Assembly: GCF_006345805.1 (NCBI RefSeq)
Contig: NC_042999.1
Coordinates: forward strand, 73,284,001-73,348,000
Reading direction: 5' to 3'
From: Octopus sinensis
Lineage: Eukaryota
DNA length: 64,000 nucleotides
Below, piece by piece: positions 1 to 12,055 of this stretch. The first letter of the stretch is position 1; each line of letters starts with the position of its first letter. A program made the translations under genes and the position numbers. A model generated the notes under the pieces. That model worked only from the letters and a program-made list of their open reading frames with translations, ran no database searches and was not told the DNA's origin.

Positions 1-173
1 CAGTGATATCACTTTTTTTTTATTCAGTGGCTATCAGTTCAGTGACGGCTAGGTTTATGCTGTTTATAATAGGTGTTGTTATTTTGTTTATTTTGATTCT
101 TGGGAGGTATGGTCGGTGGTCCATTTTTGGGCTCTGTGGTTTTCAGTTCTTTTTTGAGCTCTGTGGTTTTCAG

Positions 174-229
<56 letters not shown>

Positions 230-230
<1 letters not shown>

Positions 231-2672
231 CAGTAGTTTTATTTTTATAGCGTCCTTTCACTTCACTACCGAGCGCAGCTCTGTGTGCCTTGGGTATGTG
301 CTGTGATTTGTTGTGATGCTCTGATGGTTATTGTATGGAAAGTGTTCTGCGTAGGATGTGTGCAGTGCCTAGTAGTGCAATTTTCTGTATGTTATATGTG
401 TTTGTAAGTCCTGGTGTTTTTGTTATGTATTTGTCTGAATATTTTTTTATCATGCCTAATGCACCTACTATGATAGGAATTGTTTCTGTTTTCAGGTTCC
501 ACATTCTAGTTACCTCTATTTCCAGGTCTTTGTATTTTGAGAGTTTCTCCATTTCTTTTAGAGACACGTTGTCATCTGCCGGTATTGATACATCAATTAG
601 AAAGCATTTTTTTTCTTCATGATCTCTGACAACTATATCTGGTCTGTTGGCCTTAATTTCTCTATCTGTGTGTATCGGCATATCCCAGAGTATGGTTGCT
701 TTCTCGTTTTCTGTGACCTTTTCTGGTGTGTGCCTATACCATCTTTTTTCTGTTGTTATTCCATAATGTTGGCATAGCTTCCAATGTATGTAGGTTCCAA
801 CTCTGTCATGTCTGTGAATATATTCCTTCTTAGCCAGGACTGGGCAGCTAGAGATAATATGATTTATTGTTTCTTGTCCATCTCCACATATTCTGCAGTT
901 ACTTGTAATATTTCTTTTCATTACATGTTTTTGGTAATTTCTGGTGGGGAGGCTTTGGTCTTGTGCTGCAATTAAAAACCCCTCTGTTTCTGCTTTGAGT
1001 CCTGAGCTTCTCAACCATTGCTGGGATTTTTCTTTGTCTATTTCTTTTGCGTTTAGTTTAGTGCAATATTTACCATGAAGGGGCTTTTCTTGCCATCGTT
1101 TTATCATGGCTCGTTGCTGTTCTATTTTTAGTTTGGATTTCATTTGTTTTATAGCTTTTGTTGTTTCTTCATCATCTTCTTCTTCTTTGTGTTTATTAGG
1201 TGGTATGATTTCTTGTTTGTATTTGTCAGCTTCCTTAAATACTGAGAACAGTTTTTTGTTTTGCTCGTGTTTTGCTGCCATCTGGATCAGTTTTCCTTCC
1301 TTCTGAAGTAGGTATTTTTGCAGTCCTATGGTGGTTATTTTATAGTAGTTTTCCAGCTGTATAAGGCCTCTACCACCTTCTATACGTTTCTATGTCAGAT
1401 TTTGGGTGATGCATCCTAGATCCTGTCAGTATTTTTCTTGTTTTCCTATCTATTTTGGACAGTTCATTTCGTGTCCAGTTAAGGATACTGTAGCTGTAAC
1501 TTATAACTGGGACAGCTAAAGTGTTGATACCTATTATCTTGTTTTTAGCATTGAGCTCTGTGTTTAGTATTGATCTAACTCGTCTATAATATTCTTTTTT
1601 TATTTTCTCTTTCATTTGTGTGTGTGTTGTGTCTTATCTAGTTCATGGATTCCTAAGTATTTGTAAGTTTGGCTTTGGTCTAATTCTTTTATTTCATTGG
1701 TTTTATCTAGTGTGATGTTGTTACTCTTAACTAGTTTTCCTCTTTTCATGGTTACTTTGGCGCATTTTTCTAATCCAAATTTCATATCTATTTCTTTGGT
1801 AAATCCATGAACTGTCTTTAATAGTGTTTCCAGCTGTTTGTCATTTGCAGCGTATAGTTTTAGGTCATCCATATATAAAAGGTGGCTGATCGTTTTGCCG
1901 TAACATTTATATCCGCATCCAGTTCTATTTAGCATATCAGATAGAGGTGACAGTGCCAAGCAGAAAAGGAGTGGAGAGAGCGTGTCTCCCTGGAATATTC
2001 CTCTTCTAATGGGGATGTCTTTGGTTTTCATGAGTCCCTCTTTTGTTTGGAGGTGTATGACTGTTTGCCATTTATTCATAGAGTGCTCTATGAATTTTAT
2101 GATTGTTGGTGCTACTTTGTTAATGGCTAGTGTTTCGAGGATCCATGTGTGGGGGATGCTATCAAACGCCTTTTTGTAGTCAATCCAGGCCATACTGAGG
2201 CCTTTCTTCTTTCTGTGGCTGTCTTCAGTTACGGCTTTATTAATCATTAGTTGATCTTTACAGCCATATGAGCCCTTGCGGCAGCCTTTCTGCTCTTCTG
2301 GGAACAGTTTGTTTTCGTCCAGGTGCTTGTTCAGCCTTTGCGATATCACTGCAGTAAATGCCTTGAACATGGTAGGGAGGCAGGTTATTGGTCTGTAGTT
2401 TTCTGGTTTTGTTGTTTCATTTGATTTGGGAATTAAGATGGTTTTCCCATTCGTGAGCCATTCAGGCATTGTCTCTGGCTCTGCTAGTACATTGTTAAAG
2501 TTTTCAGCCAGCTTTTTGTGCATTCCTGTTAGATATTTCAACCAGAAGTTGGGGATCTTGTCATGCCCAGGTGCCTTCCAGTTGCTTAGTTTTTGCAGTG
2601 CCTGGGTGACCTCTTCAGTTGTTATGGGGGTCCAAAGTTGTTCAGATGCCGAGTTTGTTATTTTCATACTCC

Positions 2673-2675
<3 letters not shown>
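230..2675 (-). mobile_element. 5'-truncated Dong/R4-like non-LTR retrotransposon (RT + CCHC zinc knuckle + restriction-like endonuclease), two frameshifts, in a (TAA)n tract
   Basis: ORF 1612-2835: KAPGHD, YRPITCL, WIDYKKAFDS, GIFQGDTLSP, YMDDLKL. ORF 328-1281: CRICGDGQETINHIISSC, RPDIVV..D..K..KY. Short 3' UTR (230-327) runs into (TAA)n; (TTA)n on the + strand on both sides (176-230, 2676-2840). Confidence 0.95.
328..2675 (-). pseudogene. Dong/R4-like RT-RLE ORF in three frames (1612-2675, 1370-1615, 328-~1385)
   Basis: Frameshift in a CA run at ~1617-1627 (TQHTHK* instead of TQHTQMKEK); apparent small deletion at ~1386 (HPKSDIE / RIEGGRGL); no premature stops otherwise. Confidence 0.9.
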
Positions 2676-2742
<67 letters not shown>

Positions 2743-2747
2743 CATCA

Positions 2748-2803
<56 letters not shown>

Positions 2804-2840
2804 GTTGTTGTTGTTGTTGTTATTATTATTATCATTATTA
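2676..2840. repeat. Compound (TTA)n/(TCA)n/(TTG)n microsatellite
   Basis: Direct reading; source of the poly-I/L/Y/N ORFs. Confidence 0.98.
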
Positions 2841-3170
2841 TAAGACTGACACTTCACTAGTATTCACGCAAACATAACAAGAAATGTAGAAATGCACAGA
2901 GTTACAGATAGCTATTTATCTAACCAAAAAAACGCTAGCACAAACACCGACACAAAGAGGCAAAGAACACGATGGACATATGAAATTAATTTAAACGGTA
3001 TCCGACACCACTTAGAGGATGTTATGACTGCTTCACTTTTAGAAAGGCTATCAATGAAAAGATACAAGAAATAAACAACCGCTTACAATTTGTATTACAC
3101 AAAGACTTGCTAATCAGAACAACAAATATTGAACCACGCAGACAACGCCAACATACTCCACGACCATACA
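2841..3170 (+). mobile_element. Degraded N-terminal fragment of a Dong/R4-like ORF
   Basis: KRQRTRWTYEIN and, in a second frame, KGYQ*KDTRNKQPLTICITQRLANQ resemble the recalled R4/Dong N-terminal WT-E-N and EQRLADQ motifs. Confidence 0.45.
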
Positions 3171-3269
3171 TATCTATATGATATATATATAATATATATA
3201 TATATATATTTCGGAATGGTCATATTGCCAGTTTAGCCAATAAAACCTTGCACAACAAATATTTAAACG

Positions 3270-3324
<55 letters not shown>

Positions 3325-3370
3325 ATATATATAGATATAGATATATATAATATAATATGATATATATATA

Positions 3371-3423
<53 letters not shown>

Positions 3424-3493
3424 ATATACATATACATATATGTATATATATGTATATATATATGTATATATACGTATGTATATACATACATAC

Positions 3494-3539
<46 letters not shown>

Positions 3540-3589
3540 ACACGCACGTATGTATATACATACATGTGTGTGTGTGTGTGTGGTCTATG

Positions 3590-3960
3590 ATCCTCCAAAT
3601 TGAAGGAGCACCTCTACAAGATAATACCACCGAGCATCGTATTCCAACACCATCAAAAATGTGATGGGAATTTCTCCAACTGACTGGGGGTTGGGTGAGG
3701 CAGTCAATCTCAGAATCACGGAAGCATATTTCATTAGGAAGAAAGCACCCAGACTTAACCACCGCAATGAGCTTGATGGCTGGAATTACATCTATTGCTT
3801 CCAGAGCCTTTAACCAGCACCAGCAATAACCACTGTAAAAAGCAAATGGAAAGAATGTTTGATGAAGGATCTTTGATCCGAAAGAGCTCACGTGATTAAA
3901 ACTATCCTAACAACTAGCAACAAGGCTATCGACAGTTTACACGCCACTTGTAGGTTCTAT
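3590..3960 (+). mobile_element. 3' fragment of a Penelope-like element (GIY-YIG C-terminus + pLTR)
   Basis: [21 protein letters not shown], then NLRITEAYFIRKKAPRLN...* (stop 3811-3813), followed by a hammerhead-like motif. Confidence 0.75.
3855..3893 (+). ncRNA. Minimal type-I hammerhead ribozyme motif, core C3U variant
   Basis: ATGT-TTGATGA-A-GGATC-TTT-GATCC-GAAA-GAGC-TC-ACGT: perfect 5-bp helix II, palindromic GAGCTC helix III, 4-bp helix I. Confidence 0.7.
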
Positions 3961-3964
3961 TTTT

Positions 3965-3983
3965 CTATCTACCTATCCACCTT

Positions 3984-4072
<89 letters not shown>

Positions 4073-4081
4073 TTATTTATC

Positions 4082-4166
<85 letters not shown>

Positions 4167-4266
4167 GTCAATCCATCCATCCATCCATCCATCCATCCAT
4201 CCATCATCTATCTATCTATCTATCTACCCCTCGATCTACCTACGTACCTACCAACCTTCTATCTAT

Positions 4267-4325
<59 letters not shown>

Positions 4326-4385
4326 CCTGTCTGTCTGTCTGTCTGTATGTCTGTCAGTTAGTCAGTCTGTCTATCTCTCCACCTA
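3965..4385. repeat. (TCTA)n/(TCCA)n/(TCTG)n compound microsatellite
   Basis: Direct reading; source of the YLSI ORF. Confidence 0.98.
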
Positions 4386-4834
4386 TCTCTTACCTCCATA
4401 AACTTTTTAAATCTTCTGAAACTTAAAAATATATAAATAAAGCTTTTGTAACTCTTGTAACTTTTAAGACTTTTAAAACTTTATAACTTTATAACTCTGA
4501 AACTTTTGAAATAGTTGAGATCCTTTGAGAATTTTTGAGATTTTGTGAATTGTTCTAAAAGCATTTTCTTCAAGGGTTTTTGGAAGTTTATTAAGCTTTA
4601 AAATTTTTTTTCTTTTAGTAATTTCTTCTTTAAAGGTTTTTTGAGATTTCTTAAGAAGAACATTCTAAAAGACTTTTCACCTTTTTTGTCTTCTTAATTG
4701 CTTCTAGCTTATTTTAACTTCTCTTTATTTAGGTATAGTATTTCCTCTGTAGTTCAATCTCCTCCTTAACCTTCGTAACCTCTCCTACTAAGTGCGTTAC
4801 CCTGTTGTTTTACTATACCATACCATACCATACC

Positions 4835-4865
<31 letters not shown>

Positions 4866-5028
4866 TGTATGTATGTATGTATGTATGTATGTATGCATGT
4901 ATGTATGTATGTATGTATAAAATTTTGCAAAAAAACTCTGGGCCTTGAATTACTTATGTTCCCTTACACCTTGTAAATAGATATACATATCTATATATTT
5001 GTGTGAAAGAATGCTTGTGTGTGTATGT

Positions 5029-5089
<61 letters not shown>

Positions 5090-5670
5090 ATATCAGTATT
5101 TGTGTGTCCACCGATATAAAATTACAATATTTTTAATCCATTTATAGAGCTTCGTAACCCATCTATCAAATTGCTCAGAGTTTTAATTGTTTGTATTTTT
5201 ATGATTTTTGTATAATAATACAAATAACATGTAGTGTGTGTTTTAAATTTGATTTGTTTGTTATTATTTGTATCTGAAATATACTACTTAACTATTTCAA
5301 TGCTGACATTATTTTTAAACTGTTATCATAAAGTCTACATGATTATTTTCTAGTTCAAACTAGAATTAAAAATAAGAAATCCGTGAAGCTACTTTATGTA
5401 AGTTGTCTATGGTATAAAAAGAAACCGATACGTGAAATATTTAGTGTCTAATTTAGTTAATTAAAAGTCTTGTAAATCTGTGTAGACTGTGAGTTATTTA
5501 AGTGAAACATTATTATCAAAGGAGACTGCTGATCATCCGTGTCGGAAAATAGGAAGTTGATAAAGTTCCCAAAGAAGAATATGATATTTTGCAATGTGGG
5601 AAATCGACAAGTCTGTAGTTTTAACTCTTTGTCGGGGAAATAAAATGTTCAGCAATATCACTGAATAACT

Positions 5671-6072
5671 AAAGCGGTAAGTTGGCAGAATCGTTAACAC
5701 ACCTGGATAAATGTTTAGCAGCATTTGGTTAAATCGACCCCAGCGCACAACTGGGGTCGATTTAATCAACTTAGCCCCAGTTGAGCCCTAATCGACTTGC
5801 CCCTTCCTCCAAAATTGCTGGCCTTGAGCCAAAATTTGAAACCAATATTACTGAATAAATACTAAGGCGGTGAGCTGGTAGAATCGTTAGCACGCCCAGA
5901 AAACGTTTTGCCTTATTTCGTTCTGAGTGCAAATTCCGCCGAGGTCGACTTTATCTTTCATTCTTTCAGAGTCGATAAAATAAGTACCAGTTGATTACTG
6001 GGGTCGATGTAATCGACTTATCCCCTTTCTCAAATTTGCTGGTCTTGCGCCAAAATTCGAAATCAATATTAC
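5671..6072 (+). mobile_element. Two tandem copies of SINE family A (head AAGGCGGCGAGCTGGCAGAATCGTTAGC)
   Basis: Copies at 5671-5848 (internally rearranged) and 5864-6072 share the GAGTTCAAATTCC box-B-like motif (second copy), CTGGGGTCGAT and the tail with other copies in the window. Confidence 0.8.
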
Positions 6073-6163
6073 TGCGATAGTTGGGAAGTTTTTGTATTTA
6101 GTACTCCTTAATAGTCATCTCTCACCTCCCTCTCTTTCCTCCCAACTTCTCTCTCTTTCTCTT

Positions 6164-6224
<61 letters not shown>

Positions 6225-6537
6225 ATATATATATATATATATATATAATATCCGACAGAAGGTTCTGTCCAAAACTTTAAGCTTCTTTTCTTCGTCGTCG
6301 TAAAACAACTTATCCCATTTCGCTAACTGTATAACTTGTTCACTCTTGTGTAACGGTCATAGAATCAAAAATAGGGTTTTCTTGTTGTTGTTGTTGATGA
6401 TGATGATGAGAAATTTTTTAGCCTGAGGTCAGTCCTAGTAAAATAGGCCTACGATCAAACTATATTGAAGCCATATCTATCCTATCTTTTATCCAGGCAC
6501 AGTACATTCAAAACTACATAAACTTATCTCTCTTTTT

Positions 6538-6693
6538 TTAAAGATTGTACGACGGTACACTTTGATCTGAGATAAGTTTAGTTCTTTCTATCTGTTTTTC
6601 TCTCCTCTTCTTTAAATACTTTTTCTCTTCTTCATTTGCTTCTGTTAACCGACGAATCACTTCATTTCGAAACGTTAGAAGTCTTTTCATTAT
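6538..6693 (-). CDS. Possible terminal coding exon, charged helical peptide (IMKRLLTFRNEV...VPSYNL*)
   Basis: Non-repetitive, stop-free frame preceded by a CAG; no family recognised and no partner exon found. Confidence 0.22.
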   Translation of the reverse strand: MMKRLLTFRNEVIRRLTEANEEEKKYLKKRREKQIERTKLISDQSVPSYNL

Positions 6694-7670
6694 CTGCCAT
6701 TGTAAAACTAATGCAATATTGCATATTCTGTTATCTCCGTGAATGTAGCTTATACACACATATACATACGTATGTATGTCTGTGTGTGTAAGTGTGTGTG
6801 TGTGCGTTTTTGTTTAATCGTACAAATACAAGAAGCAATCAGTACTATTTTGTAGTGAAACTGTGTAGAATGTGATGATGTATGTTTATTCATTTGAGAG
6901 ATAATACGTAAGCGCTTATGCTGCCGACAATCATTCTATATCTTCTGATTCCAACCTGCTGACCAAAGGTCCGATCGAGCGAAACCACTTCAACTACCCA
7001 GGACGTAATCCCTGCTTACCTCATACATACATATATACATACATACATACATACATATATACATGCATATATACACACATACACATATTTAGTTCGTATA
7101 TATGCGTGTATGTATATGTATATCTATATGTATATGTATGTATATATATATATATATACACATATTTACATATGTGTGTATGTGTGGGTGCGTGTATCAT
7201 GTGTCTAGAGACATGTGAGTTGAATCATCTAAATTAAGTTGCAAGGAATCGATAAAACATGTAGATGCAAATAGATAAATAATCAGACGCCTATATACGT
7301 ACGTATACACATCTCTGTTGATATATATTTATACACAGATACACACACAATTAAACATGAATATATGTGTGTATATATGTATTTATAAATGTGTGAGCGC
7401 GTGCATGTATGTCTGTGTGTGTGTAGTTCATAGATGAGAATCAGATATTCTCTGTATAGAATACACTTAGTAGAGCTCAAAAGGTTTAAACTCGAGCGAG
7501 TAAAGAAGCAAATTTACAGATAAGCAAGTTAGACCGGTCAATACAGAAAGTACATTAAATGCATGAAATGCAAAATATGTACTGTATATATGTTTACATA
7601 CAAAAAGGTCCGACTTACACGGAATAGAAATGATATCAAGAATTAAAGGGGTTGAAGAAAAGTATTACAA

Positions 7671-7762
7671 ATCCAACAGCTGTTTCTGGAGGCTCGGTGG
7701 TCCAAAATATTGCTTGTAGATTGATTCCTTCGTCGGATGAGACGAGCCTCCATCTTCAGGGA
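7671..7762 (-). ncRNA. Minimal type-I hammerhead ribozyme with intact core and extended helix II
   Basis: Minus strand: TCC-CTGAAGA-TGGAGGCTCG-(46 nt)-CGAGCCTCCA-GAAA-CAGCTG-TT-GGA. Perfect 10-bp helix II (7687-7696/7743-7752), palindrome AACAGCTGTT, GUU site, 3-bp helix I. Confidence 0.75.
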
Positions 7763-8053
7763 AGAGATCTTACATATAAGGGCTAAGTGTATTAGAGGGA
7801 GGAATTGGAGAGGTATTCAGATAAATAATAGTGAGAGGAGAAAATAATTTCAAAAATTAGGGGTTTATAAGTTGGGAGTTTATAAGGAGGCTAGTAGGGA
7901 ATTATAGTAGTAGAGGTGGAAAGTAAGAGGAAGATGAGATGGTGATTTAATACGTGGACGGTAGTCACTTGTGTTAGTTTGTGTGAAGGCTATAGAATTG
8001 ATGGTTGGGATCTTGAGAAAGGGAATAGCGTAACTTGCATATCCATACAGTTA

Positions 8054-8138
<85 letters not shown>

Positions 8139-8157
8139 CTATCTATATAGGAGGAGA

Positions 8158-8270
8158 GGAGGAGATCCCCTTAGGTCATGAATGACCATGAGACTGCATC
8201 TAGAAAGTTACCCTCCGAGGCACAAGTCCGGGCAAGGTTGTTTATGGAAAGCCAGCAGTCGCCCATGTAT
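8158..8270 (+). mobile_element. RTE/SINE-tail-like interspersed repeat fragment (second copy 33188-33270)
   Basis: CCCCTT(A/C)GGTCA(T/C)GA...CTAGAAAGTTACCCT...GGCAAGGTTGTTTAT occurs at both loci. Confidence 0.55.
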
Positions 8271-8394
8271 ATTTATGTATATCCATACACGCATTCACAT
8301 TCCCCCTCCCCACACGCACACGCAAATACAGACACATGAAATCAAGCACAGTCTCAACACCTGCACCTACGCCTATGAGAGAAGGAAAGTGAGG

Positions 8395-8700
8395 AGAGAA
8401 AAGAGATATGTTTCTTTATTAGCCACACAGGGCTGAACACAGACAGGACAAATTACAAAGTAGAGCTTTTCTTTTTGGGGGAAAGAAAAAAAGAAAAAAA
8501 GGGGGGAGGTTTTCGATCAAAAGGTATCGTAAAAAGGAAAGAAAAAAAACGATCAATAGGGATCGTATATCACAGAAATGTCGTGATACAAAGTGTAAAG
8601 GGGGAAACCGATAAGGTTTATCCGTGGAAAGAAAAGCCTACGGAAAAGACCACGGTAACCTCGGTCAATAATGTCACATGTTAACACATTTATTTGCAAG
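8395..8700 (-). mobile_element. Probable 3' UTR of an L1/Tx1-like LINE
   Basis: Pyrimidine-rich minus strand ending CCCTGTGTGGCTAATAAAGAAAC; resembles recalled L1-like 3' ends. Confidence 0.4.
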
Positions 8701-9015
8701 TAAGTAACTCTCTGTTTTAAATGTTTCCGGGTTCATAGGATCATGCTCAAGGTGGCTTCGTCATTCATACATGCCATCCTTCTACATTCACCAATCTTTT
8801 TTGTAAGCATTCGTTAGACAAAATTTCCCTCTCTACTTTCACTTTCCTTTTCAAGTGATACTTGAAGAAGTTGATGAGAGATTGAACAGAGAGGAAAGTG
8901 TTTGTCTCTAATCCTTTCTGACGCGTCCACCAGATACATTCTTTCGCCATAGCCACAAATATGATGAAAATAGCTCTTCCTTCCCATTTGAAGGAAGGAG
9001 GCGTGGAGAGAAAAG

Positions 9016-9097
<82 letters not shown>

Positions 9098-9360
9098 GGT
9101 GACAGGCGTAGGTGCTGAGACTGTATTTGATTTCATGTGTCTGTATTTGTGTGTGCGTGTGGGGAGGGTGTATGGGAATGCGTGTATGTATACACATAAA
9201 TATGCATCCGTCCTTCCGTTCTTTTAGCTTTTCAACTACCCTTTACTCCCATTTTAACTCATACTCTCTTGTCTCTTTGTCATTCCCTTTGTACCTATAC
9301 ATATACATATATACATATACATATATATATATGCATACATAATACATACATACATACATG

Positions 9361-9660
9361 TATCACGTGATCACGTGACCGACCAGACCATCAGATGTTG
9401 TTACACATCGCTGGTCACAATGCAATCGCATTGTTTTAGCCCTCGAATGACGCCACCCCGCTGGCTAAGCGAGCAGGCCAACAGAAGAAAGAGTGGGAGA
9501 AAGAGTGGTGAAAGAGTACAGCAGGGATCACCACCCCCTGCTGGGCTTTTTTAAGTGTTTTCGCTCAATAAACACACACAACGCCCGGTCTGGGAATCGA
9601 AACCGCGATCCTGCGACCGCGAGTCCGCTGCCCTAGCCACTAGGCCATTGCGCCTCCACA
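9361..9660 (-). mobile_element. tRNA-derived SINE family B
   Basis: Minus-strand head GGAGGCGCAATGGCCTAGTGGCTAGGGCAGCGGAC...GGTTTCGATTCCCAG with box A and box B, then a non-tRNA body. Confidence 0.85.
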
Positions 9661-9979
9661 CATACATATATATATCAGAAAGGAACTCTATCTCTCTTTA
9701 AAAAATATCTTTTGATAAGCATAACAAATGCGCAACCGGTAAAAAGAACTTTCAACTAATTAAATACACTCTCCCTTACTTAAATTATTTTGTCAGCATT
9801 TCCTTCATTTCCTTTTTTTATATATCACAACTCGTGTTCCACATCTTTTTTAAATATATATATATATATATGGCGGTGCCCCAGCATGGCCACAGCTCGT
9901 GAGCTGAAACTAGATGAAAAGGAATAAAAAATGAAATGAAAATATACATACACACACACATACACATATACACACACAC

Positions 9980-10063
<84 letters not shown>

Positions 10064-10337
10064 CTATCTATCGAAAGAATGAGAAAAAGAGTGAGAATAA
10101 CGCATACTTGGCATATTTACCTGCATAATATGTTTTGCACGCATATTTTGTACACATGCCTTCTATGCATTCATATTTAATAGACACATTATTCACTTCG
10201 TCCAACGAATTAATTTCTCATTTTAACGACTTAATTACCTTGTGTTTACACTTCCTTCTCCATTAGATAGCTCTGTTTTTGTTTTAGTTGATGGGGATTA
10301 CCATCTGTAGCAGGTATCATCATCATCATCATTATAT

Positions 10338-10990
10338 AAGGCGGCTAGCACGCCGTGCGAAATGTTTAGCGGTATTTCGTCTGCCGCTACGTTCTGAGTT
10401 CAAATTCCGCCGAGGTCGACTTAACTTTCATCTTTTCGGCGTCGATAAATTAAGTACTAGTTGAGTACTGGGGTCTATGAAATCGACTATCATTCTCCCC
10501 CAAATTTCAAGCCTTGTGTCTATAATTGAAAGGATTATTATTATTGTTGTTGTTGTTATTCATGCTGTTCTGGAATGTCTTTACATTCGGAATCATTGTC
10601 CTTGATAAGGTCCCAACCAGTTTCCTTAGATATCGAGGACCCTTCTTTCTTTGCTGTTCCCAATAGAGCAGACTTTTGAAGTAATGTAACTCTCGTAGTT
10701 ATTGTTATTATTATTCCTCACAAATTTCAGGCTTTGTGCCTATAGTAGAAAGGATTATTGTTGTTGTTGTTGTTAAGGAGGTGAGCTGGCAAAATCATTA
10801 TCATGCTCGGTAAGTTGCTTAGCGGCATTTCGTCCGTCTGCACGTTCTGAGTTCTAATTCCACCGAAGTCGACTTTTTTTTCCCATTTTTTCGGGATCGA
10901 TAAAATAAGTACGATTTGAACACTGGGATCGATCTAATTAACTCCCACGAAATTTCAGGCCTTGTACCTATTGTAGAAAGGATTATTATT
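10338..10990 (+). mobile_element. SINE A copies (10338-10545, 10775-10990) flanking a Dong 3' end
   Basis: Same head and body as 5864; tails end in GAAAGGATTATTATT. Confidence 0.8.
10560..10700 (-). mobile_element. 3' terminus of a Dong/R4-like LINE
   Basis: RVTLLQKSALLGTAK..RVLDI* then a short UTR and (AAC/AAT)n. Confidence 0.75.
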
Positions 10991-11013
10991 ATCATTTCTT
11001 TTTATCACAGGTT

Positions 11014-11250
11014 TTGTTAGAGCTCCTGGAGTTTTGCATGCATTATAGCAGAATTACTTTCGTCATTTCACCACTTAGCATCCATATGCCTTCTGTCCTG
11101 ACAAGCTTTCCTCGTCTCATCACCATCGTAGCACATTTTGAGAGTCCAAACTCCATCTTGGAGAAAATCTGCACGGACTGGAATAGGTTGTCCAGTTCTG
11201 CCTCACTTTTTGTGAATAGCTCCAGGTCGTCCATGAATAGCAAGTGGTCC
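11014..11250 (-). mobile_element. Dong/R4-like RT fragment
   Basis: LLFMDDLELFTKSEAEL...EFGLSKCA; aligns closely with 13500-13695. Confidence 0.85.
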
Positions 11251-11950
11251 CATGCCCATTGAATCTTTTGTCTAGTTGTTCTGTTGCACAGCCAACATAA
11301 ATCAAGTTGTTACTTGCATTCTGCTGCGTACACCAAATGTGCCAAGTGAAGGTGGGACGTGTAGAGATTCCCATTTGGTTTACGCAGTAGAATGCAAGAA
11401 ATACAACTTGATTCTTGGTTGTACAACAGAACAATTAAACAAAATATTCAGTGGGCCAGATGTGATGTAAGACACAATAACGGTAGTACTACAGAACTTG
11501 CAGAACATTTTACGTTAAACGGCTGCAATTTTGAAAAGATTTGAAAGTGCATATTCTCAGAAAATATTCTGAATCTGCTACACTTTCAGTACTCAAAATG
11601 CATGAGGAGAAATATGTTTGCGAGTTATTAACATCACGTCCTGGAGGAATGAATAAAATGACAGTATTTCATCATATTTACACAAAACTATTTGATTAAA
11701 TATTCCTCTTCTTTTTTCTTTTCTTTTTCTTTTTATTTTTTCTCTTTTTTCTTTTGCTTTTTTGCCAGTTGTAAACTTGAAAATTGAACACTGATAATGT
11801 CATTCTATCAACGTGGAGATGCTGGCTGCCCTCGTTCATATTTTGGATTTGAATTTCTATAATTTTGTATTTTTATGCATCACTTTTCATTTTGAACTCG
11901 ACAAAGACAGGCTATTTGTCGAAATATCGTCCGGTCAATGAAATATCTAT
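11251..11950 (+). mobile_element. PLE GIY-YIG 3' fragment with a 5' inverted partial copy
   Basis: TCRDSHLVYAVECKKYNLILGCTTEQLNKIFSG...ELAEHF...PGGMN...*; inverted arms 11251-11340 / 11372-11460. Confidence 0.8.
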
Positions 11951-12003
11951 CGCAATCGCATGGCGCTCTTCGTATTGTCTATTATTATTATTATTATTAT
12001 TAC

Positions 12004-12055
<52 letters not shown>

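Noticed and set aside
11895-11935. GACA-GGCTATT-TGTC-GAAA after a GIY-YIG ORF; similar weak motifs at 39705-39755 and 61575-61610
   Set aside because: Position suggests dead hammerheads, but the CUGANGA or GAAA core is too degraded to call.
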